DNA from: Bifidobacterium breve
GTDB taxonomy: Bacteria; Actinomycetota; Acidimicrobiia; Acidimicrobiales; Ilumatobacteraceae
Reading direction: 5' to 3'
DNA: 64,000 nucleotides
Assembly (NCBI GenBank): GCA_945862545.1
Contig: CAMAYS010000001.1
Span: 34,394-98,393, forward strand
Shown here piece after piece: positions 16,958-25,740 of the stretch. The notes below the pieces were generated by a model that saw nothing but the letters and a program-made list of their open reading frames with translations, was not told the DNA's origin and made no database searches. Within the stretch, counting starts at the first letter, position 1. The number at the start of each line of letters is the position of its first letter. Position numbers and translations under genes: made by a program.

Positions 16958-18496
16958 TTAAGCCTGTGGCCAATATTGCGAGCGAATCTGGCGTTTGAGC
17001 AATTTCCCAGTGGGTAGTCGTGGCAGTTCTTCGACGAAATCAACTGACACTGGACACTTGAAATGGGCGAGGCGAGAGCGGCAATATTCAATCAGTTGGA
17101 GGGCCAGTTCGGGTCCAGGAACGCTCCCTGCTGCAGGGATGATAATGGCCTTTACTTCTTCGCCTAAATCGGTATTAGGAACCCCAATGACAGCTACGTC
17201 ACTCACGCTCGGGTGCATCGTTAGTTCGTTCTCGACTTCTTGTGGGTATATATTCACCCCACCTGAGATGATCATGTGCGAGGCTCGATCTGTGAGGTAA
17301 ATAAATCCATCGGAATCAAGATGACCGATGTCGCCAAGTGAACTCCAACCACGATCGTTGTAGGCACTCGCAGTCTTTTCTGGATCATTGTGATACTCAA
17401 ACTTGGCTTCTGTTTCAAACCAGATCTGTCCGGTCTCTCCAATCGTCAGTTCTTGACCGTCCTCCCCGCAGATGTGGACAACTCCCATCACGGGAAGTCC
17501 AACTGAGCCTGGATGGGCTAACCATTGTTCGGTATTGATCGCGCAGAAGCCATTGCCCTCACTTCCGGCGTAATACTCATTGATGATCGGCCCCCACCAC
17601 TCAATCATTTGTCGTTTGACGTCAACGGGGCAAGGTGCTGCTGCATGCACGACCATTTTTAAACTTGATGTGTCATGGGCGAGACGAATACCAGACGGAA
17701 GTTTCAGCATCCGGACAAAATGAGTAGGCACAAACTGGACGTGTGTGACTGAGAACTTCTCAATCGCTGCTAGGCAATCAACAGGATCAAACCTCTCCAT
17801 CACTATGACGGTGGCCCCGATGCGTTGGGCGGCTGTCGACCAACCCAGTGGAGCTGCATGATAGAGCGGAGCGGGGCAAAGATAGGTGGTGTTGCCAGTA
17901 AAGCCGTACATCACCTGAATCAGCGAGATGAGCGCTCCACCACCGGATCCATATGGTTGCACATTGACCTTGGGCTTGATGCCTTTAGGACGTCCAGTCG
18001 TACCGGACGAGTAAAACATGATTGAGCCCTCGGATTCATCGCTGAGTTTTTCTGCCGGGTACCGAGCGATTGTCTCCTCATAGGCCTGATAGCCGGCCAC
18101 TGTGCCGTCCATCATGAGCCGCACTTTGACATTGCTGAGGAAGGGTTCAAGTTGCGAGGCGACTCCCTTCATGGAGATTGAGGTAAAAAATGCCGTAGCG
18201 CCGCAATCCTTCAAGATGTATCCAGCCTCATCAACTTTGAGATGCCAATTGATTGGCGTGATATACAGCCCAGCGCGTTGCGCGGCCCAAAAAATCTCAA
18301 AGTATCGGGGGTGATTTTCCAACATGATCGCCACGTGGTCCCCCGCCCGTAAGCCAGCAGCATGCAACATTTGGGCGACTCGTCGGGACCGTTCTTCAAG
18401 TTGACCGAATGAGACCGTCTCGCCAGTTCCAGACATTATTACCGCGGGGATATCGCGATGTGTGTCGAGATGTGCTCCTGGATGAAAGTTGCTCAT
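16958..18496 (-). CDS. AMP-forming acyl-CoA synthetase (paralog of 750..2309)
   Basis: 512-aa ORF. YSSGTTGRPKGI, AAPCPVDVKRQMIEWWGPIINEYYAGSEG, GDIGHLDSDGFIYLTDRASHMI. Confidence 0.9.
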   Translation of the reverse strand: MSNFHPGAHLDTHRDIPAVIMSGTGETVSFGQLEERSRRVAQMLHAAGLRAGDHVAIMLENHPRYFEIFWAAQRAGLYITPINWHLKVDEAGYILKDCGATAFFTSISMKGVASQLEPFLSNVKVRLMMDGTVAGYQAYEETIARYPAEKLSDESEGSIMFYSSGTTGRPKGIKPKVNVQPYGSGGGALISLIQVMYGFTGNTTYLCPAPLYHAAPLGWSTAAQRIGATVIVMERFDPVDCLAAIEKFSVTHVQFVPTHFVRMLKLPSGIRLAHDTSSLKMVVHAAAPCPVDVKRQMIEWWGPIINEYYAGSEGNGFCAINTEQWLAHPGSVGLPVMGVVHICGEDGQELTIGETGQIWFETEAKFEYHNDPEKTASAYNDRGWSSLGDIGHLDSDGFIYLTDRASHMIISGGVNIYPQEVENELTMHPSVSDVAVIGVPNTDLGEEVKAIIIPAAGSVPGPELALQLIEYCRSRLAHFKCPVSVDFVEELPRLPTGKLLKRQIRSQYWPQA

Positions 18497-18507
18497 GGCT
18501 GATGCCC

Positions 18508-19365
18508 CTAACGATTAATGGATTTATTCACGCGCAGTTCAGCATTGAGTCCTTCAAATACTGGTGCACGTTTTTCAATGAAGCTAAAAACACCCTCGGC
18601 GAAATCGGGTCGTGTCCCGGCTTCAGACATCAGGACGAGTGAGCGGAGCCGTGATTCTTCTGCGGTGAGATCCCAATCAGAGAGAAGTTGATGTTTGATA
18701 TCTGCCATCGCGCAAGGTGAGCAATTAATGGCTATCTCACGGGCGTAACTCAGCGCCGCAGAAAGCAGTTCATCGGGTGTGACTAAACGATTGATCAAAC
18801 CTATGGAGAGAGCTTCTGTGGCATCTATGACTCGTGCTGACAACAACAGATCAGCTGCATGACCTGATCCGATGAGTCGCGGCAGAATCCAAGAGAGCCC
18901 GTTTTCAGCAGGCAGACCGCGCCGACTGAATGCGGTGGTGAATTTAGCTACATGCGAAGCGAAGCGAATATCAGTACTGACTAATTGTACAAAGCCAATT
19001 CCGGCACATGCCCCATTGACTGCGGCGATAACCGGCTTGGGAATGAGTCGCGCAAGTGTCATCGGCCACCGACGCGGGTATTGCCCAACTGGCTCACCTT
19101 TAGCGCGAGATTCAAGTGTCGAGATATCCACCCCTGGACAAAAGGACTTGCCGACACCAGTAACCACGATGACCTTGACGTTGGGATCGTTGGCGGCGGC
19201 GATGAGGGTGCCAAAGTATGCATCTTCGATTTCTTGGCACCATCCATTATTACGTTCGGGGCGATTCCATGAAACCAAGAGGACCCCATGTTCATCGAGT
19301 TCACGAAGGACCGAGGTTGATTCTGGGTATACAGCAGGTGGGTTCCGTGGATCTGTGGATGTCAT
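18508..19365 (-). CDS. enoyl-CoA hydratase/isomerase family protein
   Basis: 285-aa ORF. FCPGVDIS and AAVNGACAGIGFVQLVSTDIRFAS. Confidence 0.85.
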   Translation of the reverse strand: MTSTDPRNPPAVYPESTSVLRELDEHGVLLVSWNRPERNNGWCQEIEDAYFGTLIAAANDPNVKVIVVTGVGKSFCPGVDISTLESRAKGEPVGQYPRRWPMTLARLIPKPVIAAVNGACAGIGFVQLVSTDIRFASHVAKFTTAFSRRGLPAENGLSWILPRLIGSGHAADLLLSARVIDATEALSIGLINRLVTPDELLSAALSYAREIAINCSPCAMADIKHQLLSDWDLTAEESRLRSLVLMSEAGTRPDFAEGVFSFIEKRAPVFEGLNAELRVNKSINR

Positions 19366-19387
19366 CGTGAACTATCGTGCCACAGTG

Positions 19388-20365
19388 ATGCGTTGTGTTG
19401 TTTGCCGAGAGCACGGTTCTGTGGATTATTTGGTCATTGAGGATCGCCCAGAACCTATGTGCGAACCCCATCAGGTGGTGGTTGACATCGCATACGCAGC
19501 GGTGAACTTCCCTGATGTCCTAATTATCGAGAACAAGTATCAGGTTTCAGTACCTGCGCCGTTCGTCCCAGGCAGTGAGTTCTCGGGCGTGGTGTCCCGT
19601 TTGGGTGACAGCGTGGAGAATATTCGTCTGGGAGACCATGTCTCGGGGGCAACGATGAACGGCGCATTTGCTGAGAAAATCGTCGTTGACGCGTCGACTC
19701 TACGGGTCCTTGACCCGTCCATCGCTCTTGACAAGGCGGCTGCATTTTGGGTCGCACACGCTACGGCTTATCATGCTCTACGTTCGGTCGCTGAGGTGCT
19801 CCCTGGGGAGAAGGTTCTGATCCTAGGGGCCGCTGGGGGAGTCGGCTTGGCGGCAGTAGAGATCGCTGCTCTGAGGGGAGCCGAAGTGATAGCAGCGGCA
19901 TCGAGTGATGACAAATTGACTGTCTGCATTCAACGCGGGGCACGACACACGGTGAATTATCTTGCTTCTGATTTACGTGATTCATTGCGCTTGATCTCGG
20001 CACATGGGGTTGATGTCGTTATTGATCCAGTTGGTGGCCCGTTGGCAGAGAAGGCATTGCGAACATTGCGTTGGAAGGGTCGCTTCGTAACGATTGGGTT
20101 TGCCTCGGGGGAGATTCCCCGGATTCCTTTAAATCTTGTGCTACTCAAGGGATGCGTGGTGAAGGGTTTTGAAATTCGAACATTTGCTGAACATGAACCA
20201 ACGTTGGCTGCGCGCGATGAAACTGAACTATTAAATCTTTTCCGTACTGAACAACTGAGTCCGCACATTTCATCGGTTTACGAGATCGACAAAGTTGCAG
20301 ATGCATTGCATGAAGTGACATCACGCCGTTCAATCGGCAAGGTGCTTCTTCGGCTCGGGGATTGA
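19388..20365 (+). CDS. NADPH:quinone oxidoreductase / zinc-type alcohol dehydrogenase-like (MDR) protein
   Basis: ORF track gives 18872..20365, but the first 172 codons are antisense to the crotonase gene. The in-frame ATG 19388 gives MRCVVCREHGSVDYLVIEDRPEP... with the Rossmann motif LGAAGGVGLAAVEIA. Confidence 0.85.
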   Translation: MRCVVCREHGSVDYLVIEDRPEPMCEPHQVVVDIAYAAVNFPDVLIIENKYQVSVPAPFVPGSEFSGVVSRLGDSVENIRLGDHVSGATMNGAFAEKIVVDASTLRVLDPSIALDKAAAFWVAHATAYHALRSVAEVLPGEKVLILGAAGGVGLAAVEIAALRGAEVIAAASSDDKLTVCIQRGARHTVNYLASDLRDSLRLISAHGVDVVIDPVGGPLAEKALRTLRWKGRFVTIGFASGEIPRIPLNLVLLKGCVVKGFEIRTFAEHEPTLAARDETELLNLFRTEQLSPHISSVYEIDKVADALHEVTSRRSIGKVLLRLGD

Positions 20366-20389
20366 ACGATTATCTCTGTCAAGTTAGTG

Positions 20390-20418
20390 GCGATGTGACT
20401 AACTTTTTGTCACATCGC
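20390..20418. terminator. 10-bp perfect stem-loop between convergent genes (GCGATGTGAC - 9 nt loop - GTCACATCGC)
   Basis: Read directly. The T-rich loop/tail reads TAACTTTTT on the plus strand. It overlaps the last codons of the minus-strand amidohydrolase gene and follows the quinone oxidoreductase stop (20365). Confidence 0.45.
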
Positions 20419-21685
20419 GGCTTGCTAGCGCTGCCAGTTCGCGCGCAGTGAAGGGTGTTCCCTTTGGACGACCCATACTACGAAGAGCAATATCAACATC
20501 TGCGCCTTCGGCTTTTAGTGCACCTACGGTGCACAGCTCGCGAGGACGAACCTTGAAGGGGTCAAAGGAATATAAGCGCATCGCATTGAGATGAGTCATT
20601 TTATTTATTTCATCGTCGGGTATACCCTCCAGCGAATGGGACAATAAATCTGCCGAATGTGGCCAGGTTGAGTCCGAGTGTGGGTAATCACATTCCCAAG
20701 TGATGCGATCAATTCCGACTGTGTGACGAAGTGCCAAACCTGCTCGGTCGTCAATAAAACAAGTACTGATGTTGCGGTGGAAAATATCAGTTGGAGTTAA
20801 ACCACCAAAGTCAGCGCCGGTCCAGGCTCGGTGATGGCTGTAGGTGTAGTCCATGCGTTCGAGAGCGTAAGGAACCCAACCTATGCCACCTTCGGACAAG
20901 GCAATAATCATTTTCGGAAACTTGCGGAAAATCGGAGTCCACATCAAGTCGTTGAGCGCTAGGAAGGAGTTCATCGGTGTAATGGCAATACTCACATCGG
21001 CTGGGGCATCAAGTGATGTCACTGTCATCGATGATGAAGAACCGATATGCATGCATACGACGGTGTTGGTCTCCTCGCATGCTTGAAAGAATGGATCCCA
21101 GTGAGTTCCGTGAAGGCCAGGTAGCCCCAATTTTTCCGGATTTTCTGAAAAGGTCACTGCATGGCAGCCCTTGCTGGCGGCGCGACGAATTTCCTTCGCC
21201 ATCAGTTGTGGGTCCCAAAGTGGCATGATCGTCATCGGGATAAAGCGGTCTGGATAAGAGCCAGCCCATTCATCAATATGCCAGTCGTTATATGCGCGAA
21301 CACAGTCAAGCGCTAAATCTTTATCTTGTGCTCGTAAAAAAAGTTGTCCACAGAAGTGAATGAAGGTTGGGAAGTTTAAGGATCCAAGTACACCATTGGC
21401 ATTCATGTCACGAACGCGTTCATGTACGTCCCAACATCCTTTGCGCATCTGGTCAAATCGAAGTGGATTCAGACCGTACTCATCGGGTGGACAACCGGCA
21501 ACTGCGTTGAGACCCATGTTCTGGGCTCGCTGGCCCTCAAATAACCAGTACTGACTGCCACTCTCGTCTTCCATGATTTTTGGTGCTTGGTCGCGATATT
21601 TAGCGGAGATATGAGCATCAAACATGGTCGGTGGTTCGATGACGTGATCATCAACGCTAACCAAGATCAAATCGTTAGTTTCCAT
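20399..21685 (-). CDS. amidohydrolase_2 family protein (paralog of 47629..48885)
   Basis: 428-aa ORF. VSVDDHVIEPP, HERVRDMNANGVLGSLNFPT, CMHIGSS, ECDYPHSDSTWPHS. Confidence 0.85.
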   Translation of the reverse strand: METNDLILVSVDDHVIEPPTMFDAHISAKYRDQAPKIMEDESGSQYWLFEGQRAQNMGLNAVAGCPPDEYGLNPLRFDQMRKGCWDVHERVRDMNANGVLGSLNFPTFIHFCGQLFLRAQDKDLALDCVRAYNDWHIDEWAGSYPDRFIPMTIMPLWDPQLMAKEIRRAASKGCHAVTFSENPEKLGLPGLHGTHWDPFFQACEETNTVVCMHIGSSSSMTVTSLDAPADVSIAITPMNSFLALNDLMWTPIFRKFPKMIIALSEGGIGWVPYALERMDYTYSHHRAWTGADFGGLTPTDIFHRNISTCFIDDRAGLALRHTVGIDRITWECDYPHSDSTWPHSADLLSHSLEGIPDDEINKMTHLNAMRLYSFDPFKVRPRELCTVGALKAEGADVDIALRSMGRPKGTPFTARELAALASRDVTKS

Positions 21686-21707
21686 ACTTTCTCCTTTGTA
21701 AGTAATC

Positions 21708-21721
21708 TGACATTACTGTCA
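21708..21721. promoter_or_regulatory. motif 1 dyad TGACATTACTGTCA
   Basis: Perfect TGACA-N4-TGTCA, 22 nt upstream of ATG 21685 (amidohydrolase). Confidence 0.45.
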
Positions 21722-21725
21722 AGTA

Positions 21726-22466
21726 TCACTCGTGTCCAATAATAAAGTCAGAAACTAATCGGGGGAATGCCAGCCGGTCAGCCTTGAAAATGTCGTGGGA
21801 GGAGTTTGGAATCTGCGCCACGACGGCATTTGGAAGATGCTCCTGTAAGGTACGGACGTAGACCTCATCAACGAGGCAGCCCTCAAGGCTTCCGATTGCT
21901 AACAACAGCGGGATTTTGGTGTTGACGACATCTTCAAGTAGGTCTCTATCCACCGAACTGGCGAATACTTGTTTGATGACGGTGGGGTCTATGCGGTCTT
22001 TCATCGCCTTGCCTCGAAAGCGAGTGGCCATGAATGTCGCAGAGTAATCCTCTGCGATGGCATGCTCTCTAGCCCAATAGTCGCCAATTGAAAGTGAGAT
22101 AACTCGCTCTGGTATTTCGAGCATCATGTCCAGTGCCCAGGTCGTACCGCGGGAAAATGTCATGAGGTGAAACTGTTCAAAGCCGGCTTGAGCGACAGCT
22201 GCCTTCAGGTCTTTGGCATGGTCAACCGAGCGATATCCACTGGTTGGGATTTCGCTACGGCCTCGACCACGTACCTCAACAACGATCATTTGTCTGGGTG
22301 CAAAAAATTGCAGCATCTCAACATATTCATCGGCGAAGTCGGTCATGCCGGGAGAAAAGACAATCGGTAAACCAGTCGGTGATTCGGGAGCATTGTCAAG
22401 GAATCGAATCCGTATACCGCTGTCTTTGGTCCAGCGTTCAACGATTTCACTGTGCCGAGGTGCCAT
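21726..22466 (-). CDS. alpha/beta-fold hydrolase
   Basis: 246-aa ORF. Nucleophile-elbow-like LMTFSRGTTW and late SSHDIF (His). Start overlaps the AKR stop by 1 nt (TAATG). Confidence 0.7.
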   Translation of the reverse strand: MAPRHSEIVERWTKDSGIRIRFLDNAPESPTGLPIVFSPGMTDFADEYVEMLQFFAPRQMIVVEVRGRGRSEIPTSGYRSVDHAKDLKAAVAQAGFEQFHLMTFSRGTTWALDMMLEIPERVISLSIGDYWAREHAIAEDYSATFMATRFRGKAMKDRIDPTVIKQVFASSVDRDLLEDVVNTKIPLLLAIGSLEGCLVDEVYVRTLQEHLPNAVVAQIPNSSHDIFKADRLAFPRLVSDFIIGHE

Positions 22467-23371
22467 TAGGCTCTGGCTGCTTCGTCAATACGGGCAATGT
22501 CAGAGTCATCCAGAGTCAGCCAAGCAGCGTTGATGTTGTGCTCGGCATGGATCACATTGGAGGTGCCAGGAATCGGCAGAACATTCTTTGAACGCTGTAA
22601 GAGCCATTGAAGTGAGATCTGCTGAATGCTCATTCCACGGTTTTGGGCAATGTCAAGGAGAACGCGATTGACACCGCTAGCACCCACCAAGATTGGAGCC
22701 CATGGAATGAAGGCGATACCTTCTGCTCGACAAGTTTCGACGACGGTATCACTTGAGCGATCGCCAGCGTTGTAACGATTCTGTACCGAGACAACTCGAC
22801 ACAGTGTTTGGGCGAAACGCAATTGCTCAAGAGTCACATTAGAAATTCCGATGTGTTGAATCTTGCCCTTATCTTGTAATTCAACGAAAGCTCCGATTGT
22901 CTCGTCGTAAGGGATGCTTGGGTCAGGCGTATGTATTTGGTAGAGATCAATTTTGTCCACGCGTAGGCGCTGAAGACTGCGGTCACATTCGATCTTGATC
23001 TGATCAGGATGTCCTGATGGTGGCAATGTGATGTGACCTCGAAGTATTTTTGATGGATGGAACCCTGCCTTGGTGGTGATCACAAGGTCACTCGGATATG
23101 GGTATAAGGCTTCGGCAATGATTTCTTCAGATTCTCCGTAACCGTAGATATTCGCAGTATCAATGAAGTTGGTGCCACGATCAATGACGGTACGTATCAG
23201 CCGATGGGCTTCTGTGCGGTCGCGCGCACCTTCGCCATTACGGGCGCTTGAGATTCGCATCGCACCGAATCCAAGTCTGCGTACTGGGAGATTGCCACCA
23301 ATAATAAATTCACTCACCGGTGATGAGGCAAGATGTTGCGATTTACTTGACTTCGGAGCATCCATCACCAT
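22466..23371 (-). CDS. aldo/keto reductase
   Basis: 301-aa ORF. GTNFIDTANIYGYGESEEIIAEAL and the IPGTSNVIHAEHN C-terminal pattern. Confidence 0.85.
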   Translation of the reverse strand: MVMDAPKSSKSQHLASSPVSEFIIGGNLPVRRLGFGAMRISSARNGEGARDRTEAHRLIRTVIDRGTNFIDTANIYGYGESEEIIAEALYPYPSDLVITTKAGFHPSKILRGHITLPPSGHPDQIKIECDRSLQRLRVDKIDLYQIHTPDPSIPYDETIGAFVELQDKGKIQHIGISNVTLEQLRFAQTLCRVVSVQNRYNAGDRSSDTVVETCRAEGIAFIPWAPILVGASGVNRVLLDIAQNRGMSIQQISLQWLLQRSKNVLPIPGTSNVIHAEHNINAAWLTLDDSDIARIDEAARA

Positions 23372-24535
23372 TTAACCCTTTTCGCTACTCAAAATTGTAA
23401 TTGCTGAAACAGCTGTAGGTCCACCGACATTGTGTGCCAGACCGTAACGCGCACCATCTACTTGGTTCGTCGATTCGCCGCGCAACTGTTCAAATATTTC
23501 GACACATTGGGCAATGCCTGTTGCCCCCGGTGGATGCCCTTTTGATTTTAAACCACCACTCGGGTTGACTGGGATCCGACCGCCTACATAAGTAGCACCT
23601 GACTCAATCAGTTTGTCGGCGCCAAACTTTTCGCAGAAGCCCAAATCTTCATAGTTGATCAACTCAACTCCAGTGAAACAGTCGTGCACCTCGGCGACAT
23701 CAATATCGGCAGGTCCGATTCCAGCCATCGAATAGGCTTGTTTTGCAGCCTTAATTGTGGGTGGGAAGGAAGTCATATCGCGTTTATGCTGATGCATTAC
23801 TCGATCAAGCCCAAGGCCAGTACCGCGCACCCACACGGGGTTATCGGTGTACTTGTAGGCAAGTTCCTCGGCGACAAGGAGCACAGCAGCTGCTCCGTCA
23901 CTCTGTGGGGTGCAGTCAAATAGACCGAAAGGGTCAACGACCATTGGGGCATTTAAGACTTGTTCAATAGTGATCTCGTAGCGTAATTGAGCCTTGGGAT
24001 TGGTCACTCCATGCTTATGATTTTTAACTGCGACCATAGCCAAATGCTCGCGGGTTGCTGTGGGTGATTCGTATAGATAGCGCGCCACATGTAGAGCAAA
24101 ATTTGCGGGGGCAACGAGACCAAGTGGGAAATCCCAAGCCGCGTCGCGTGTCATCCCCATCCAATCCCAAAAAGTAGTACGCGTGGAGGTTTCGCGTACC
24201 TTGTCTGCGCCAACTACCAACACCACGTCATACATGCCGCTCGCAATAGCCATTGTTCCGTGACGTACCGCATCATTGCCAGTAGCACAAGCATTTTCCA
24301 AGCGTGAAACGGGGATGTCGAGCAGCCCGCATGTATCGGCCAAAATTCCAGTGGCGAATCCGTCAGTTGTGACAAGCTCACCGAACCAGGCAGCTTGGAT
24401 ATCGGCACGATCAAAGCCTTTATTGACGCTGGCGACGGCTTCACTTACTGCCATTGGCACCATATCTTTAATACCGAGATGAAAGAGTTCGCCGAACTCG
24501 GTCATGCCAGCACCGATCATCGCCACGCGTTTCAT
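23372..24535 (-). CDS. SCP-x / nonspecific lipid-transfer-type thiolase (Cys nucleophile retained)
   Basis: 387-aa ORF. LENACATGNDA (nucleophilic Cys), EVHDCFT, NPSGGLKSKGHPPGATG. ATGA overlap with the upstream gene. Confidence 0.85.
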   Translation of the reverse strand: MKRVAMIGAGMTEFGELFHLGIKDMVPMAVSEAVASVNKGFDRADIQAAWFGELVTTDGFATGILADTCGLLDIPVSRLENACATGNDAVRHGTMAIASGMYDVVLVVGADKVRETSTRTTFWDWMGMTRDAAWDFPLGLVAPANFALHVARYLYESPTATREHLAMVAVKNHKHGVTNPKAQLRYEITIEQVLNAPMVVDPFGLFDCTPQSDGAAAVLLVAEELAYKYTDNPVWVRGTGLGLDRVMHQHKRDMTSFPPTIKAAKQAYSMAGIGPADIDVAEVHDCFTGVELINYEDLGFCEKFGADKLIESGATYVGGRIPVNPSGGLKSKGHPPGATGIAQCVEIFEQLRGESTNQVDGARYGLAHNVGGPTAVSAITILSSEKG

Positions 24536-25740
24536 AGAGCCTCCGTTAGATGAGTTGCTGATTCGGGGATAAAGCCGTATCCATAGTCGGGGACACCCAT
24601 GCGCACGGCTACGAGTCGCAAGGCGAGACGTCCCTTATCGCCGATTTTGACGGAACCCGGCGGGGCTGCGGTAAGGCGGACCATCGTGCGAACTCCGGAG
24701 TCCCCAAGATCAACAATGACTACGGTGTAAGGGCCGATTAATCCAGGTACTGGAACGCGAATGGTAGCCATGCTGTAAATTTCGCCATCTCGCGGTAAAG
24801 CTGTATTGGTGGTGGGCTCTTCAGATCCACAGTTGATACACCTTCGGCGTCGCGGATACGAGAGTGATCCACACGCTGAACATGCAGCAGCCTCGAGTCG
24901 TAGTTTGAATTCGAAGGCCCTGTCGTAGGCGGACAAGGAAATGGAGACTGAAGATCCTGGTGCTTGTTTTGAGTTGGGTAAAGGCTGGGCTGACGGCTCA
25001 TCGCGTGTTATCCGAACTGCACCCGCTTGGAGCTCGGCCAAACTGAGTGTGGCCTGTTCGGCAGCCAGCACCGTTCCTGTCGTGTTATCTGAGATGAGCG
25101 CCGCCAGTAAAAAACCAACTGAGGCTGCTCCAGTGGTCGGAAGTGTGATTGTGGATCGACCACATATTGCTGCGCTATCGCGAGCATCAAGTCCAGCGGT
25201 GGCCACAGGGATCGGGGATCCAATTGACTCAAGTGAGACACCGAGTCCGCTGACGCGTAATAGTCGGGCGTCGGAATAGTCGCTGGTGTTACCAAATGAG
25301 TCGCGGGTTGTCACCGGCATACTGCGGGTGATTCTTTCTAATGCCACGAGGGCGGCGCCCTCTGTTCCGACAAAAATAGCGCTAGCGGCTGCCGGATCCC
25401 CAGGCTCGGAGCCAATGATGAGGGTTCCTGCCTCGGCTGAAGTGATGGAGTCAAGAACAACAGGGGCTCCTCCGACCACTTCACGAATCATGGTGCTATT
25501 ACTTAATCCCAGTCCAGCCAAAAGTGCAGCACTATTTCCACCTTCAAGAAGGGGAAAATTGCGAGTCACAAAAATCACGCAGCGAACCTGTGTCGGGTGA
25601 ACGTTGTCTAGTGCCGCCAAACCGGCAGCTACTGCCATAGTCACAGCGTCTTCGTCGTGGCCACTGAGGCGACGTGTTGAGTTGCCCCAAGTTGGTAGGT
25701 AGGTTCCGATCGCTGTGATGATGGCCACGGGCTGGCTCAC
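24532..25740 (-). CDS. fusion: degenerate HMG-CoA-synthase/KAS-III-like domain + C-terminal DUF35 (Zn-ribbon + OB-fold)
   Basis: 402-aa ORF with a GTG start in a GTGA overlap with the VOC stop. N-terminal AIGTYLP...HDEDAVTMAVAAGLAAL resembles archaeal-type HMGCS, but the nucleophile position reads VVGGAP (no Cys). The C-terminus has CSACGSLSYPRRRRCINCGS followed by an OB-like segment. Confidence 0.7.
   Translation of the reverse strand: MSQPVAIITAIGTYLPTWGNSTRRLSGHDEDAVTMAVAAGLAALDNVHPTQVRCVIFVTRNFPLLEGGNSAALLAGLGLSNSTMIREVVGGAPVVLDSITSAEAGTLIIGSEPGDPAAASAIFVGTEGAALVALERITRSMPVTTRDSFGNTSDYSDARLLRVSGLGVSLESIGSPIPVATAGLDARDSAAICGRSTITLPTTGAASVGFLLAALISDNTTGTVLAAEQATLSLAELQAGAVRITRDEPSAQPLPNSKQAPGSSVSISLSAYDRAFEFKLRLEAAACSACGSLSYPRRRRCINCGSEEPTTNTALPRDGEIYSMATIRVPVPGLIGPYTVVIVDLGDSGVRTMVRLTAAPPGSVKIGDKGRLALRLVAVRMGVPDYGYGFIPESATHLTEAL

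Noticed and set aside
18872-19387. N-terminal 172 codons of the 497-aa ORF 18872..20365
   Set aside because: This part runs antisense to the well-supported crotonase gene 18508..19365 and is Arg/Ser/Pro-rich, like mirror-frame translation. The oxidoreductase homology starts at the in-frame ATG 19388.
21703-21721. Interpreting the TGACA-containing dyads simply as -35 hexamers (TTGACA)
   Set aside because: Some copies do read TTGACA/TTGACG on one strand. However, I could not find a TANNNT -10 at 16-19 nt spacing for most of them, and the conserved partner is the symmetric TGTCA half-site 4 nt away. That pattern fits a dimeric operator (possibly overlapping a -35) better than a bare promoter element.
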